Below, piece by piece: positions 1 to 9,377 of a DNA stretch of 64,000 bases (its first letter is position 1; each line of letters starts with the position of its first letter). The notes beneath the pieces are model-generated. The model was not told where the DNA came from, did no database searches, and saw only the letters and a program-made list of their open reading frames with translations. The translations under genes were made by a program, and so were the position numbers. Source of the DNA: Patescibacteria group bacterium (GTDB lineage Bacteria > Patescibacteriota > Patescibacteriia > UBA1558 > GWA2-36-10); the NCBI GenBank assembly GCA_041650755.1, contig JBAZKN010000003.1, forward strand, positions 18,060 to 82,059, in the 5' to 3' direction.

Positions 1-165
1 AGCTCGTGAATTTTCTGCACACATAGTCTATCTTTGTGCTGAAATGGGTATAGATCATCTAGACAAAAAATTATCTGGCAAGCTAGGAGATGTTTTGGAT
101 TTTAAAAAATAATAAATTTACGGCGCCCAACACCGCGTATGCGGTTCGCGGACTAAATAAAATTT

Positions 166-690
166 ATGATTGATAATTGGAAAAAAATTAAAGAAGAACC
201 ATTTAAAGCAGGATTTAGAAAACTAATAAAAAAGACATTTCAACTACCTAATAATAAAATAGTAGATTTTGATATAAAACAAGAAGGCCCGGCAGTTTGT
301 GTACTGGCCCTTACTAAAGATAATAATGTAATACTTACTAAACAATTTAGACCTGGGCCAGAAAAAATACTTTTAGAACTACCTGGTGGATTAATTGACA
401 AAAATGAATCTCCGGATGAAGCTGCCAAAAGAGAACTTTTAGAAGAAACTGGTTATAGTGGAAATTTCCAATTGATAGGAGAGAGTCTAGATTGCGCATA
501 TTCAACAATGGTAAGATATAATTTTGTAGCCATAAACTGCCATAAGATACAAGAACAAAGATTAGAAGAAAATGAATTTGCAGAAATAGTTGAAATATCT
601 TTAGGGAATTTTAAAAAACATTTAAGAAGTGGCCAATTAACAGATGTTGAATCCGGATATATGGGGCTGGATTATTTAAAATTACTATAA
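166..690 (+). CDS. NUDIX hydrolase (ADP-ribose pyrophosphatase-like)
   Basis: 174-aa ORF; Nudix box GGLIDKNESPDEAAKRELLEETG matches GX5EX7REUXEEXGU. Confidence 0.8.
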   Translation: MIDNWKKIKEEPFKAGFRKLIKKTFQLPNNKIVDFDIKQEGPAVCVLALTKDNNVILTKQFRPGPEKILLELPGGLIDKNESPDEAAKRELLEETGYSGNFQLIGESLDCAYSTMVRYNFVAINCHKIQEQRLEENEFAEIVEISLGNFKKHLRSGQLTDVESGYMGLDYLKLL

Positions 691-790
691 ATTTTATTTA
701 TTAGTCGGTCCACCCAAATATTTCGAGTCGTCGCACACACATCTGTCAGATGAAATAAATTTTTTTGAAATATATACTTTACCACAAATT

Positions 791-1237
791 ATGAAACATA
801 TTCATTTGGAGGGTTCGTGGATAATAAAAGCCCCTATTGATAGGGTTTTCAACATCGTCACTGATTTTGAAAACATGCCGAAATATTTTCCTAAAGTTGC
901 CAAGTCAATCATCGTTACGAAACGAGAAGCTAATAATTTGGAAATTGACGCTCAAGTAAAATCTTTTGGGACTATTCTTCCTGTCAAAATGAAAACCAAA
1001 ATTCTCCCACAAAGGGGTTTTATTTCTGATAACCAGAGCTCTAAGTTTGGCACATCGGGACATGAGGAACTTTTATTGAACGAGGTAGGGGTTGGCACAA
1101 AAATCAACTATTTTTATGAGATTGATATTCATAAAAAATGGCTGCGAATTATTGCTAAACCACTTATCGGATGGTTTGCCATGAAAGCATGGGAAAGGGC
1201 TTTTGTGAATGAATTGAAAAAAATTTTAGAAAAATAG
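791..1237 (+). CDS. SRPBCC-superfamily protein (polyketide cyclase/dehydrase-like ligand-binding fold)
   Basis: 148 aa; N-terminal WIIKAPIDRVFNIVTDFENMPKYFP pattern typical of Polyketide_cyc2/START-like proteins; no catalytic motif to verify. Confidence 0.45.
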   Translation: MKHIHLEGSWIIKAPIDRVFNIVTDFENMPKYFPKVAKSIIVTKREANNLEIDAQVKSFGTILPVKMKTKILPQRGFISDNQSSKFGTSGHEELLLNEVGVGTKINYFYEIDIHKKWLRIIAKPLIGWFAMKAWERAFVNELKKILEK

Positions 1238-1249
1238 TTTACCATAATT

Positions 1250-1435
1250 ATGCTGCCAGAAAATAAATCAAAAAAAATTTCCGGTTATGCAATGGCTGTT
1301 ACTGGGCTCATAATGCTTGTAATTAATGCCGTAGCATATATCTTCCATTTTAACTTCAAGGCACCTGCCCTAATTGTGCTGGGGATTGTATTTGCCGTAA
1401 TAGGCATGAGTCATGTCCGTAAATCCAGAAAATAG
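1250..1435 (+). CDS. small membrane protein, hypothetical
   Basis: 61 aa with two hydrophobic helices; starts 13 nt after the preceding stop. Confidence 0.3.
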   Translation: MLPENKSKKISGYAMAVTGLIMLVINAVAYIFHFNFKAPALIVLGIVFAVIGMSHVRKSRK

Positions 1436-1582
1436 ATCTTAAAATTCAACATTGCCCATGCCTGCTGGCAAAGAATAAATTCTGGTGGCAGCCATGTAAA
1501 TAAAGGTGTTAAATTTATCATTGACATAAACATTGGATAGCTATAAGCTAGCCAGGGACCAATCATATGGCGTTCTTTTGTC

Positions 1583-2011
1583 TTGAGCTTTGGAGGATCA
1601 GTCATGAGCACGGAAATTGTCATCCCAAGCACACCCTCGCCCTTTGGCAAAACCCTGCGCATGGATCTTGGGACATTCGACTCCTCTGCCGATGAATACC
1701 GCGTCGGCTTTACCCCGGGCAAGGACTTGTTGACCAACCTTCTGCGCACCGTACACGGCGGCGCCCTGGCCGGCATCTTTGATGAAGGCTCGGCCATGTG
1801 CATCTACTTCAAGTACGGCATCAATTCGGCAGTCACGCAACAGCTGTGTGTCGAGTACCACAATCCAGTCAGGCCGGGGCTGCCTCTAACCCTGGTGGCC
1901 AGAATTGTCAAGGAGGAGGACAGCACTATCATTGTAGAGGCGACTATATATAGCGGCTCACGCCTGATTGCTTCTTGCATCAGTCACTGGCAACGTCGCC
2001 ACCTGCCGTGA
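1583..2011 (+). CDS. PaaI/4HBT-family hotdog-fold thioesterase
   Basis: 142 aa; HGGALAGIFDEGSAM motif of PaaI-type thioesterases; segment is clearly GC-richer than flanks; true start may be M8 (1604). Confidence 0.6.
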   Translation: MSFGGSVMSTEIVIPSTPSPFGKTLRMDLGTFDSSADEYRVGFTPGKDLLTNLLRTVHGGALAGIFDEGSAMCIYFKYGINSAVTQQLCVEYHNPVRPGLPLTLVARIVKEEDSTIIVEATIYSGSRLIASCISHWQRRHLP

Positions 2012-2371
2012 CCGGTGACTTATCGAGAACAGCTACGGACTTCATTCCCTGGTTTAGGGGGTGTTGTCCGTTTTTTTGTCAATATTTACAAAAAAACCAA
2101 CTTGTAGTAATGTTAGATTAAATACGGGGGAATAATGTAAAAAGGCGAAAAATCGCATAAAAAGAATGGGGGTGACAAATTATTTATGAAAAACGCAGGC
2201 ACAATAGGTGTCGCTAAACCAATCAAACAATCCAAGAAAACACCACGTTTACGAGTAATAAAAATTACTCGGAATACTGAATGCTCTATTAATCAATTTT
2301 AAATAAGATTTAATAACGATCTAATTTAATAATTAACGGAGCATTATTCCCCCCAGTTTGAGTGTTATTAA

Positions 2372-3403
2372 ATGTTTGTGCCTAAATATCTTTATATTTT
2401 TTTAACCGAGAATTGCAACCTCAATTGTCGACATTGTTATGGTGATTTCTCAAAAAATAAAAAGGTCAAAAACTTAAATTTGCCAGAATGGCAAAAAATA
2501 TTTGAACAATGCGCAAGTCTGCGTATTTTTTATTATGTAATTTCTGGAGGCGAACCAACAACCCACCCGCAATTTAAAGAGCTGGTTGAATATCTATCTA
2601 AATCAAATCAATATTTTGCCTTAGTCACCAATGGTCACTTTAACAAAAATATTGAAGATTTGCTTATAAAAAATAAAAAACATATTATTGAGCTAAAATT
2701 TTCTTTGGACGGATATGATTTTGATACTTATAATTATCTACGCCAAATAAATAATAGGCTACTATTTGATAATTTTATCGCCAGAATAAAAAGGTTTTCT
2801 CGGGCTGGCGTAAAAATTTCCCTAGGTATAAATATCCATAGCCGAAATATCAATCACATAAAAAAATTCAGCAAATTTATAAATAGCCTTGGACCTCAAC
2901 ACATAGAAATATCCACTATTGCCAATACTGGCAGGGCAAAATTATTGCCCATAAAAGACAAGAATATTTCCCTAAAACAAATAAAAAAATTACAGGAACA
3001 ATTCACTTTATATCTGGATAAAAAAATCACTACCAGTTTTGTTGATATGCCATTCAATCACAGCCGTTTTGGTTTTAGCTGCCCAGCCATCACTGATTTT
3101 ATGGCGATCAGCAGCCGGGGCATATTACTGCCTTGCCCCCTGTTTAATTCGCCTGACATAAAAAAATACTGCCATCATCTAAATGCTCACAATCTTGGCC
3201 TCAAGAAAGTTTTAAGTAGTCCGGTCTTAAAAAAATTATACTTGGCCAAATTAACACCCTGTCTATATAGAGAGCGCGGCTGCCACAATGCCAAAAATTG
3301 CCAACGCTGCCTGGCTCAAAGCTTGATGAAGGGAAACCCCCAAACGCCACCTGACTTTTGTTTGCAATATAAAAAAATTCTATTTCAAAAAAATGCTGTA
3401 TAA
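2372..3403 (+). CDS. radical SAM enzyme with C-terminal SPASM-like cysteine-rich domain
   Basis: CNLNCRHC (CxxxCxxC) at aa 15-22; GGEPT; C-terminal Cys cluster CPLF..CHH..CLYRERGCHNAKNCQRC. Confidence 0.8.
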   Translation: MFVPKYLYIFLTENCNLNCRHCYGDFSKNKKVKNLNLPEWQKIFEQCASLRIFYYVISGGEPTTHPQFKELVEYLSKSNQYFALVTNGHFNKNIEDLLIKNKKHIIELKFSLDGYDFDTYNYLRQINNRLLFDNFIARIKRFSRAGVKISLGINIHSRNINHIKKFSKFINSLGPQHIEISTIANTGRAKLLPIKDKNISLKQIKKLQEQFTLYLDKKITTSFVDMPFNHSRFGFSCPAITDFMAISSRGILLPCPLFNSPDIKKYCHHLNAHNLGLKKVLSSPVLKKLYLAKLTPCLYRERGCHNAKNCQRCLAQSLMKGNPQTPPDFCLQYKKILFQKNAV

Positions 3404-3704
3404 ATGGCAAAACCACGTTAAGTGGCGCAAAGAAAAAAAATCTGTTTTGGTATGTAACTGCCAAACTACTCAGATTTTTGAATTACCCTTAAAATACTCC
3501 GGCATATGCAAATCCTTAGATCGTAGTTACCGAATGCCGAAGAAATATAATGATCTACTCTCGGACTTACTAGAGCTCAAACTTCTTAAAAAAGTATAGC
3601 CTATTTTGCCGGGGTGTTTTATTTTCACCAAAAATATTGTATAATATAACTACTGGTAAAATAAAAATTTTTAATATAAAGACAAAGATTACAAACAAAA
3701 AAAT

Positions 3705-4112
3705 ATGGAACCATTTTATCGCAAAATTTACGGCCAAACTTGGCAACTAATAAAACAAAATCTACATCTACTATTCTTCGGGCTGTTTGCTTCACTCTTG
3801 GGTTTCAATGAAATCAAGATGATAATCAACTGGCAAGAGTCCAGCCCAGATCTAGTAAGTAATGGCCTGGCTAATTTATGGCTCTATCTCAAGATCATTG
3901 TGGTCAATGGCATTAATCTGCAAAACATGGACCCTTTTGTAGCATCCATCGGCCTGTTTATCCTGTTTGGCATTATTCTGGTGCTGTCCACCTGCTCCCA
4001 AGGCGCACTGATGTATAGCGCAGCTGAAAAAAATAAATCTGCTCAAGGCAAAAAGAAAATGAACAGTGGATTACAAATTGCCCTGCCAGAACACAATAGT
4101 ATCGAAGGCTGA
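3705..4112 (+). CDS. membrane protein, hypothetical
   Basis: 135 aa with 3-4 hydrophobic segments; downstream of the rSAM gene. Confidence 0.35.
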   Translation: MEPFYRKIYGQTWQLIKQNLHLLFFGLFASLLGFNEIKMIINWQESSPDLVSNGLANLWLYLKIIVVNGINLQNMDPFVASIGLFILFGIILVLSTCSQGALMYSAAEKNKSAQGKKKMNSGLQIALPEHNSIEG

Positions 4113-4388
4113 CCTAAAAGGCTAAAGCTATTCAGATTTTCGTCAGTAATATTAATTCATCCACAGCCTCTAATGCGGGACTGGCTCTGGAGAGGCATTC
4201 ATACTATAATGATAATATGGAAAAAAGGGGATCAGAATTACTAAAGAAAAATGAGAGTAAATATAGTGAGTTTTTTATTTTTAAAAAAAATATTAGCCAG
4301 GGGGATAATCATATTAATTTTGATCATAATCTAGGTGATGAATCTTTTTTTTGGATTGTAGCGGACTCTAGAGCAGATTTTAAAAATA

Positions 4389-5315
4389 TTGCAACAGATC
4401 ACAATGGCTAATTGGAAAAATATTCTCGAGGAACTAAATGCGAATGGAAGTAATTTTGATATTATTAGAAGATCTTATTTAAAAAAACTAAGCAAGTTAA
4501 CGGGTAGGAATGTAATCGCTTATTATAGTGGCTGGCTGCAGAAAAACGCACCGGATTTGCGTTTTTCTCTCTCTATTAATGACAATGATAAAAATGGTTT
4601 TATGAATGCGCTCGCTGGAGTGAATTGTAGCAAGGGCCTAGATTTAGTTCTTCATACTCCGGGTGGCGATGTTGCGGCTACTGAATCAATTATTGATTAC
4701 TTGAAAAGCAAATTTGAAGATATTAGAGTTATTGTGCCTCAACTTGCTATGTCTGGGGGCACTATGATAGCGTGCTGTGCCTCTAGGATTATTATGGGTA
4801 AACATTCAAGCCTTGGTCCAATCGATCCTCAAATTGGTGGCTTACCAGCCCATGGCGTTGTAGAGGAATTCCTGCGTGCCTATGAAGAGATAAAAGCCGA
4901 CCCTGTTAAGCAGGCAGTCTGGGCTCCAATTATACAAAAATATCACCCTACTTTTATTGGAGAGTGTGAGAAAGCAATTGAATGGTCACAAAAAATAGCG
5001 GAAAATTGTTTGCGAGACAGAATGTTTAAGGGTCAAGCTGATGCTAATGAAAAGGTAAAAAAGATAATTGATGAACTCACTGATCACTCAATTAGTTTAT
5101 CTCATTCTAGACATCTCTCGTTTAAGAAATGTAGTGAGCTGGGATTTATGGTTGATGATTTGGAGAGTGATAGTAAGTTGCAAGATGCTGTGCTTAGTGT
5201 GCATCATTCTTTTATTCATACATTAACATCGACCCCAGCGATAAAAATTATTGAAAATCATAATGGTGTAGCTTTCATACAAAGCGTGCCCCAATACTTA
5301 ATGAATAGAAACTAA
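4389..5315 (+). CDS. ClpP/crotonase-fold serine peptidase, S49/SDH-family-like
   Basis: 308 aa; LHTPGGDVAATESII and AMSGGTMIACCA segments resemble SppA/SDH Clp-fold peptidases; family assignment from memory. Confidence 0.5.
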   Translation: MQQITMANWKNILEELNANGSNFDIIRRSYLKKLSKLTGRNVIAYYSGWLQKNAPDLRFSLSINDNDKNGFMNALAGVNCSKGLDLVLHTPGGDVAATESIIDYLKSKFEDIRVIVPQLAMSGGTMIACCASRIIMGKHSSLGPIDPQIGGLPAHGVVEEFLRAYEEIKADPVKQAVWAPIIQKYHPTFIGECEKAIEWSQKIAENCLRDRMFKGQADANEKVKKIIDELTDHSISLSHSRHLSFKKCSELGFMVDDLESDSKLQDAVLSVHHSFIHTLTSTPAIKIIENHNGVAFIQSVPQYLMNRN

Positions 5316-6631
5316 ATCTGTAAAGTAATTTTTCGATTAATATAAACCAGCTTACTTTTCAGTAGCGACAACAACTCTCGTTTTTCCGAAATATTTCCAT
5401 TTTGCAGCAGATATTTGGCGTAGGTTCTTACGTCAATTTTTTTACCTTTAATTTTTTCAGGATTACCGCCGAGCACAGATGTTTGTAGATTGTTTAATCT
5501 TCTTACTTCATCCTCAAATTTCCCTTGAACTCCAAGTTGATCAATTTCAACCTTGTCAATTATTTTTGCCAATTCGTTTATGAGTGCTTCTTCCCTGATA
5601 TAAGTGTTTTTACATTCGGGGTTTTTGGCTCTGGTGCAACCGTAGTAAATATATTTGGCGGTCGTTCCGTCAGTCAATTTTTTGAATTTTTCTTGTCCGG
5701 TGATACTGGATCCGCACAGGCCACAAACCATGAGTTTGGTAAAGGCAAATTCTTTGTTTTTGGCGCCGCATGTAGCCTCGATTGTTTTGATGTTGGCTTG
5801 TGCCTGATCAAAAAGTTTTTGAGTGATAATCGGTTTGTGCTTTCCTTGATACCACTTGCCACTGTTTTTCGGGTACTCAAACATACCGTAGTAGAACGGG
5901 TTTCTCAGCAGATTATATATTCCGCTCAGAGCCAGGGTTTTTTGACCTCTGGTTTTAAAATTAAGATCAAACTTCAGCCAGTTGTATATCTTTCTACCGC
6001 TCCAACGCTCATTGGCGACTTTTTCGAATACTTGTTTGATTATTGGTGCGCGCAGGGGATCAACGATGATCTGGCACTTCTTATCCATTCGGTTTTGGTT
6101 CAGATAGCCCAAAGGCGCCATGCCTGGCCACAAACCCATTTCTACCCTCGTTCTCATGCCTCTTTTGACGTTTTCTCCGCGATGATCGTTTTCCAGTTTG
6201 GCGGTACTTCCCAAAATCATCAGCATGAATTTTTCATTTGGGTTATTGGTGAATGTTTGTCCGTGGGTTCTTATTTCCGCCAACAATCCTTGATCCATAA
6301 GATCGACGATGGCGCCTAAGTCACCGGCGTTACGACTTAAACGATCCGGCGCCCAAGTGATGATGCCGTTGAATCTGCCGGTTCTAATGTCACCCAAAAG
6401 CTCATTAAAGATTTCCCGCTGTCCCGTGTCCTTGGCCGAGTGACTTTCCCGTTTGATTTCAACAATATCCAAATTTTCCCGAACGGCAATATCCAACATT
6501 TCCTTAACTTGGGAATCGATGGACAGCACCTGGCGCTCCTCGGATTCCGTTGATTTTCTCGCGTAAAGGCAGTATTTGATTTTTTGTTCCGTTGTGGTTG
6601 CGTTTTCCATACAACAACATTGATGACGCAA
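5312..6631 (-). CDS. large serine recombinase (resolvase catalytic domain + recombinase domain + zinc ribbon)
   Basis: N-terminal YARKSTESEERQ..SIDSQ catalytic-serine context, DRLSRN, C-terminal CGLCGS..YYGC zinc ribbon; likely start MENATT at 6610; convergent with the protease gene. Confidence 0.85.
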   Translation of the reverse strand: MRHQCCCMENATTTEQKIKYCLYARKSTESEERQVLSIDSQVKEMLDIAVRENLDIVEIKRESHSAKDTGQREIFNELLGDIRTGRFNGIITWAPDRLSRNAGDLGAIVDLMDQGLLAEIRTHGQTFTNNPNEKFMLMILGSTAKLENDHRGENVKRGMRTRVEMGLWPGMAPLGYLNQNRMDKKCQIIVDPLRAPIIKQVFEKVANERWSGRKIYNWLKFDLNFKTRGQKTLALSGIYNLLRNPFYYGMFEYPKNSGKWYQGKHKPIITQKLFDQAQANIKTIEATCGAKNKEFAFTKLMVCGLCGSSITGQEKFKKLTDGTTAKYIYYGCTRAKNPECKNTYIREEALINELAKIIDKVEIDQLGVQGKFEDEVRRLNNLQTSVLGGNPEKIKGKKIDVRTYAKYLLQNGNISEKRELLSLLKSKLVYINRKITLQI

Positions 6632-6782
6632 CCCTTTCAGTGAGTCCAGAGTGGGTGATTAGGTAAGCTGTAGATAACTTTTTTTTGTAAGCCCGCATGT
6701 TTTTATTGACTTTTTGGCTTAAAAGTGGGAAAATTAAAGAAACAAATCGACACGGCGCTTTTATTTTTAACATATAAGCGCC

Positions 6783-7718
6783 ATGCAAATGCAAATGATA
6801 TTTATGACTCAAAAAAAGGTTAAAAAAACCGGAAAAAAAGACACCCTTACATTCATTGATCTGTTTGCCGGAATAGGAGGTTTTCACGTTGCCTTTCACA
6901 ATGCCGGAGCGGATTGTGTTTTTGTTTCGGAGTGGGATGAGTTCGCTCAAAAAACATACAGACACAATTTTTACAAAGTGTCTCCGGAGGTTTTCGATCT
7001 CGGCAATTTTGTCGGAGACATCACCAAGGTTGATCCGAAAAAAATTCCCGATTTTGACGTTTTGACCGCCGGGTTTCCTTGTCAGCCTTTTTCTCAGGCG
7101 GGATTTAAAAAAGGATTCAATGAAACTCGCGGCACTTTATTTTTCGATATCGCCAAAATAATAAAAGAAAAGAAACCAAAAGCTTTTTTTCTAGAAAACG
7201 TCAGAGGCCTGTACAATCACGACGGAGGCAAAACTTTCAAAACGATCAAGAGAATAATCACCGAAGACTTGGGTTATTCGTTTTTTTCACAAATCGTCAA
7301 AGCGTCCGATTTCGGTTTGCCGCAACACCGCCCACGTCTTTTCATGGTCGGATTTAAAAACAAGAAGATTGACTTTAAATTTCCCGAGCCCGCCAAAAGT
7401 CTGAAATACACCATGTCGGATATTTTCAAGGGCAAGTGCAACAAAGAAATCGGCTACACCTTGCGTGTGGGTGGTCGCGGAAGTAAAATTGACGATCGCA
7501 GAAATTGGGACGCATATATTGTCGATGGAAAGGTCGTTCAGCTCGGTCCGAACGAGGGATTGAAAATGCAGGGCTTTCCCGGTTGGTTCAAATTTCCTTC
7601 GGGGCTTTCTCCCGTGCAATCCATGAAGCAACTCGGTAATTCCGTTGCGGTACCCGCCATTGAGGCCGTTGCGGGAGAAATCGTCAAAACATTGAAAAAA
7701 TATGGGAACAAAAAATAA
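6783..7718 (+). CDS. DNA (cytosine-5)-methyltransferase
   Basis: Motif I FIDLFAGIGGF, motif IV GFPCQPFSQAG, motif VI ENVRGL, motif X QLGNSVAVP; likely start at M8 (6804). Confidence 0.9.
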   Translation: MQMQMIFMTQKKVKKTGKKDTLTFIDLFAGIGGFHVAFHNAGADCVFVSEWDEFAQKTYRHNFYKVSPEVFDLGNFVGDITKVDPKKIPDFDVLTAGFPCQPFSQAGFKKGFNETRGTLFFDIAKIIKEKKPKAFFLENVRGLYNHDGGKTFKTIKRIITEDLGYSFFSQIVKASDFGLPQHRPRLFMVGFKNKKIDFKFPEPAKSLKYTMSDIFKGKCNKEIGYTLRVGGRGSKIDDRRNWDAYIVDGKVVQLGPNEGLKMQGFPGWFKFPSGLSPVQSMKQLGNSVAVPAIEAVAGEIVKTLKKYGNKK

Positions 7719-8790
7719 CAAAGGCGAATGGTCGGAGTTATACGCATTTTTGAAAATTCTTGAAGAAAGAAAACTCTTCGCCGCGGACAAAAATTTGGAA
7801 ATAATCGAAGGAAAGTTTTTTGTGTTTCACAAAATCATCAGGGAAGAGAAAGATGAACCCGTGAAGATTTATGACATTTCCGAATCGCCGACGCAAATTT
7901 TGATCACAGACGAAAACGGAAAATTGTTGAAAGAATTAGATTCCGCCGGACTGAAAGAAAAAACTTTGAAGATTTTTAAAAAAATAAAGAGCGAGAAAAG
8001 CAGTTCTTTCGGGATTCCCGAAGCGAGCAAATTGATGAAGGAACTTCTGTGCACCAAGGTGAAAGCGGGCAGCGGCAAAAAAGCCGACCTGGTGGCCGTC
8101 ATTTACGACAGAATTTCAAATACCATGCCGATGTTGGGGTTTTCCGTCAAATCGATGGTGGGAGGAGCGTCGACTTTATTGAATCCGGGCAAGACAACAA
8201 ACTTCATTTACGAAATCAAAGGGTTCAAGGGCAATGTCGATGAAGTTAATCACATTGACACCAAATCTCAAATTCGGGATCGCGTGAGAAAAATCGTCGA
8301 GCAAGGCGGGTTGTTCGAGTATGTCGGCGTTTCAAATGAACAGTTTGAATTCAACATGAAAATGATCGATACGGCTTTGCCCGAGTTTGTCGCGCAAATG
8401 CTTTTCAATTTTTTCTCAAATTCCAACAGAACGATGTCGGATTTGACGGAAGAACTTTCCGGGGATGAGAACATAACCAAAAAATTCGGTTTGTCGCTGA
8501 CCAATTACGAATACAAAGTGAAAAATTTTCTGGATGCGGTGGCTTTGGGTATGGTTCCAAGCAAACCTTGGGACGGATTTTCAAAAGCCCACGGCGGCTA
8601 TATCGTCGTAAAACAAAACGGTGAAGTCGTTTGCTACCATCTTTACAACCGAGACGAGTTTCGGTCGTATCTGTACGAGAACACCAAGTTTGACGCCGCC
8701 AGTACGACTCGTTACGATTACGGCAAATTGTATGAAAGAGACGGGAGATTGTTTTTCAATCTTAACTTGCAAATCAGATTTGTGAAATAA
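7702..8790 (+). CDS. type II restriction endonuclease, HpaII-family-like
   Basis: 362 aa; overlaps the MTase stop by 17 nt and is followed by vsr, the same M-R-vsr order as the Haemophilus HpaII locus; N-terminal KGEWSELYAF; family membership recalled, not verified. Confidence 0.5.
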   Translation: MGTKNNKGEWSELYAFLKILEERKLFAADKNLEIIEGKFFVFHKIIREEKDEPVKIYDISESPTQILITDENGKLLKELDSAGLKEKTLKIFKKIKSEKSSSFGIPEASKLMKELLCTKVKAGSGKKADLVAVIYDRISNTMPMLGFSVKSMVGGASTLLNPGKTTNFIYEIKGFKGNVDEVNHIDTKSQIRDRVRKIVEQGGLFEYVGVSNEQFEFNMKMIDTALPEFVAQMLFNFFSNSNRTMSDLTEELSGDENITKKFGLSLTNYEYKVKNFLDAVALGMVPSKPWDGFSKAHGGYIVVKQNGEVVCYHLYNRDEFRSYLYENTKFDAASTTRYDYGKLYERDGRLFFNLNLQIRFVK

Positions 8791-8800
8791 CGGAATCATC

Positions 8801-9220
8801 ATGGCGGACATTTTCACAAGAAAAAAAAGAAGCGAAATAATGTCCAAAATAAAAGGCAAGGACAGCAAGATCGAAGTTGCCTTCAGAAAAAAGCTTTGGT
8901 CAAAAGGATTTCGTTACAGCAAAAATTCAAAAAATTATTTCGGAAAACCCGATCTGGCTTTGCCGAAGTACGAAACGGTCATTTTCGTCGATTCTTGTTT
9001 TTGGCACGGGTGTAAAAAACACGGCTCGATTCCGTCGACAAGAAAGAAGTTTTGGACGGAAAAAATAAATCGAAACAAAGCCAGAGACGGGGAAGTCGAC
9101 AGACATTATAAAAAGAAGGGATGGATCGTCATTCGGACATGGGAACACGAGATGCGTAAAAACCCCGACGAATTAATTGATAGGATTGTTTTGATTTTAA
9201 AAAATGTCTCCAGAGTTTAA
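8801..9220 (+). CDS. vsr: very short patch repair endonuclease
   Basis: 139 aa; FVDSCFWHGC motif; starts 10 nt after the REase stop. Confidence 0.85.
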   Translation: MADIFTRKKRSEIMSKIKGKDSKIEVAFRKKLWSKGFRYSKNSKNYFGKPDLALPKYETVIFVDSCFWHGCKKHGSIPSTRKKFWTEKINRNKARDGEVDRHYKKKGWIVIRTWEHEMRKNPDELIDRIVLILKNVSRV

Positions 9221-9377
9221 AACAGGTGGAATATTTTGAATAATTTAAACTAGAAGTATGAATAAAGAAACACCGGTTGAAAGTTTAGAGGTATGGCTAT
9301 CAAACAAACCATTTTGGGAAAAGTTTGTCTAGAAAATTAATCTTGAAAAGGAATTATTAACGGACGAAGATATTGAT

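Noticed and set aside
4217-4411. 64-aa ORF upstream of the S49-like protease
   Set aside because: No RBS or motif support and overlaps the protease start; could be real but not supportable from sequence alone
5525-6319. 264-aa ORF on plus strand (and other long antisense ORFs such as 12301..12651, 17655..18143, 19250..19678, 45981..46460)
   Set aside because: Lie entirely inside well-supported genes on the opposite strand; low-complexity translations; shadow ORFs
6632-6782. Divergent promoter between recombinase and MTase (TTGACT at 6707)
   Set aside because: A -35-like hexamer is present but no convincing -10 at proper spacing; promoter call not supportable
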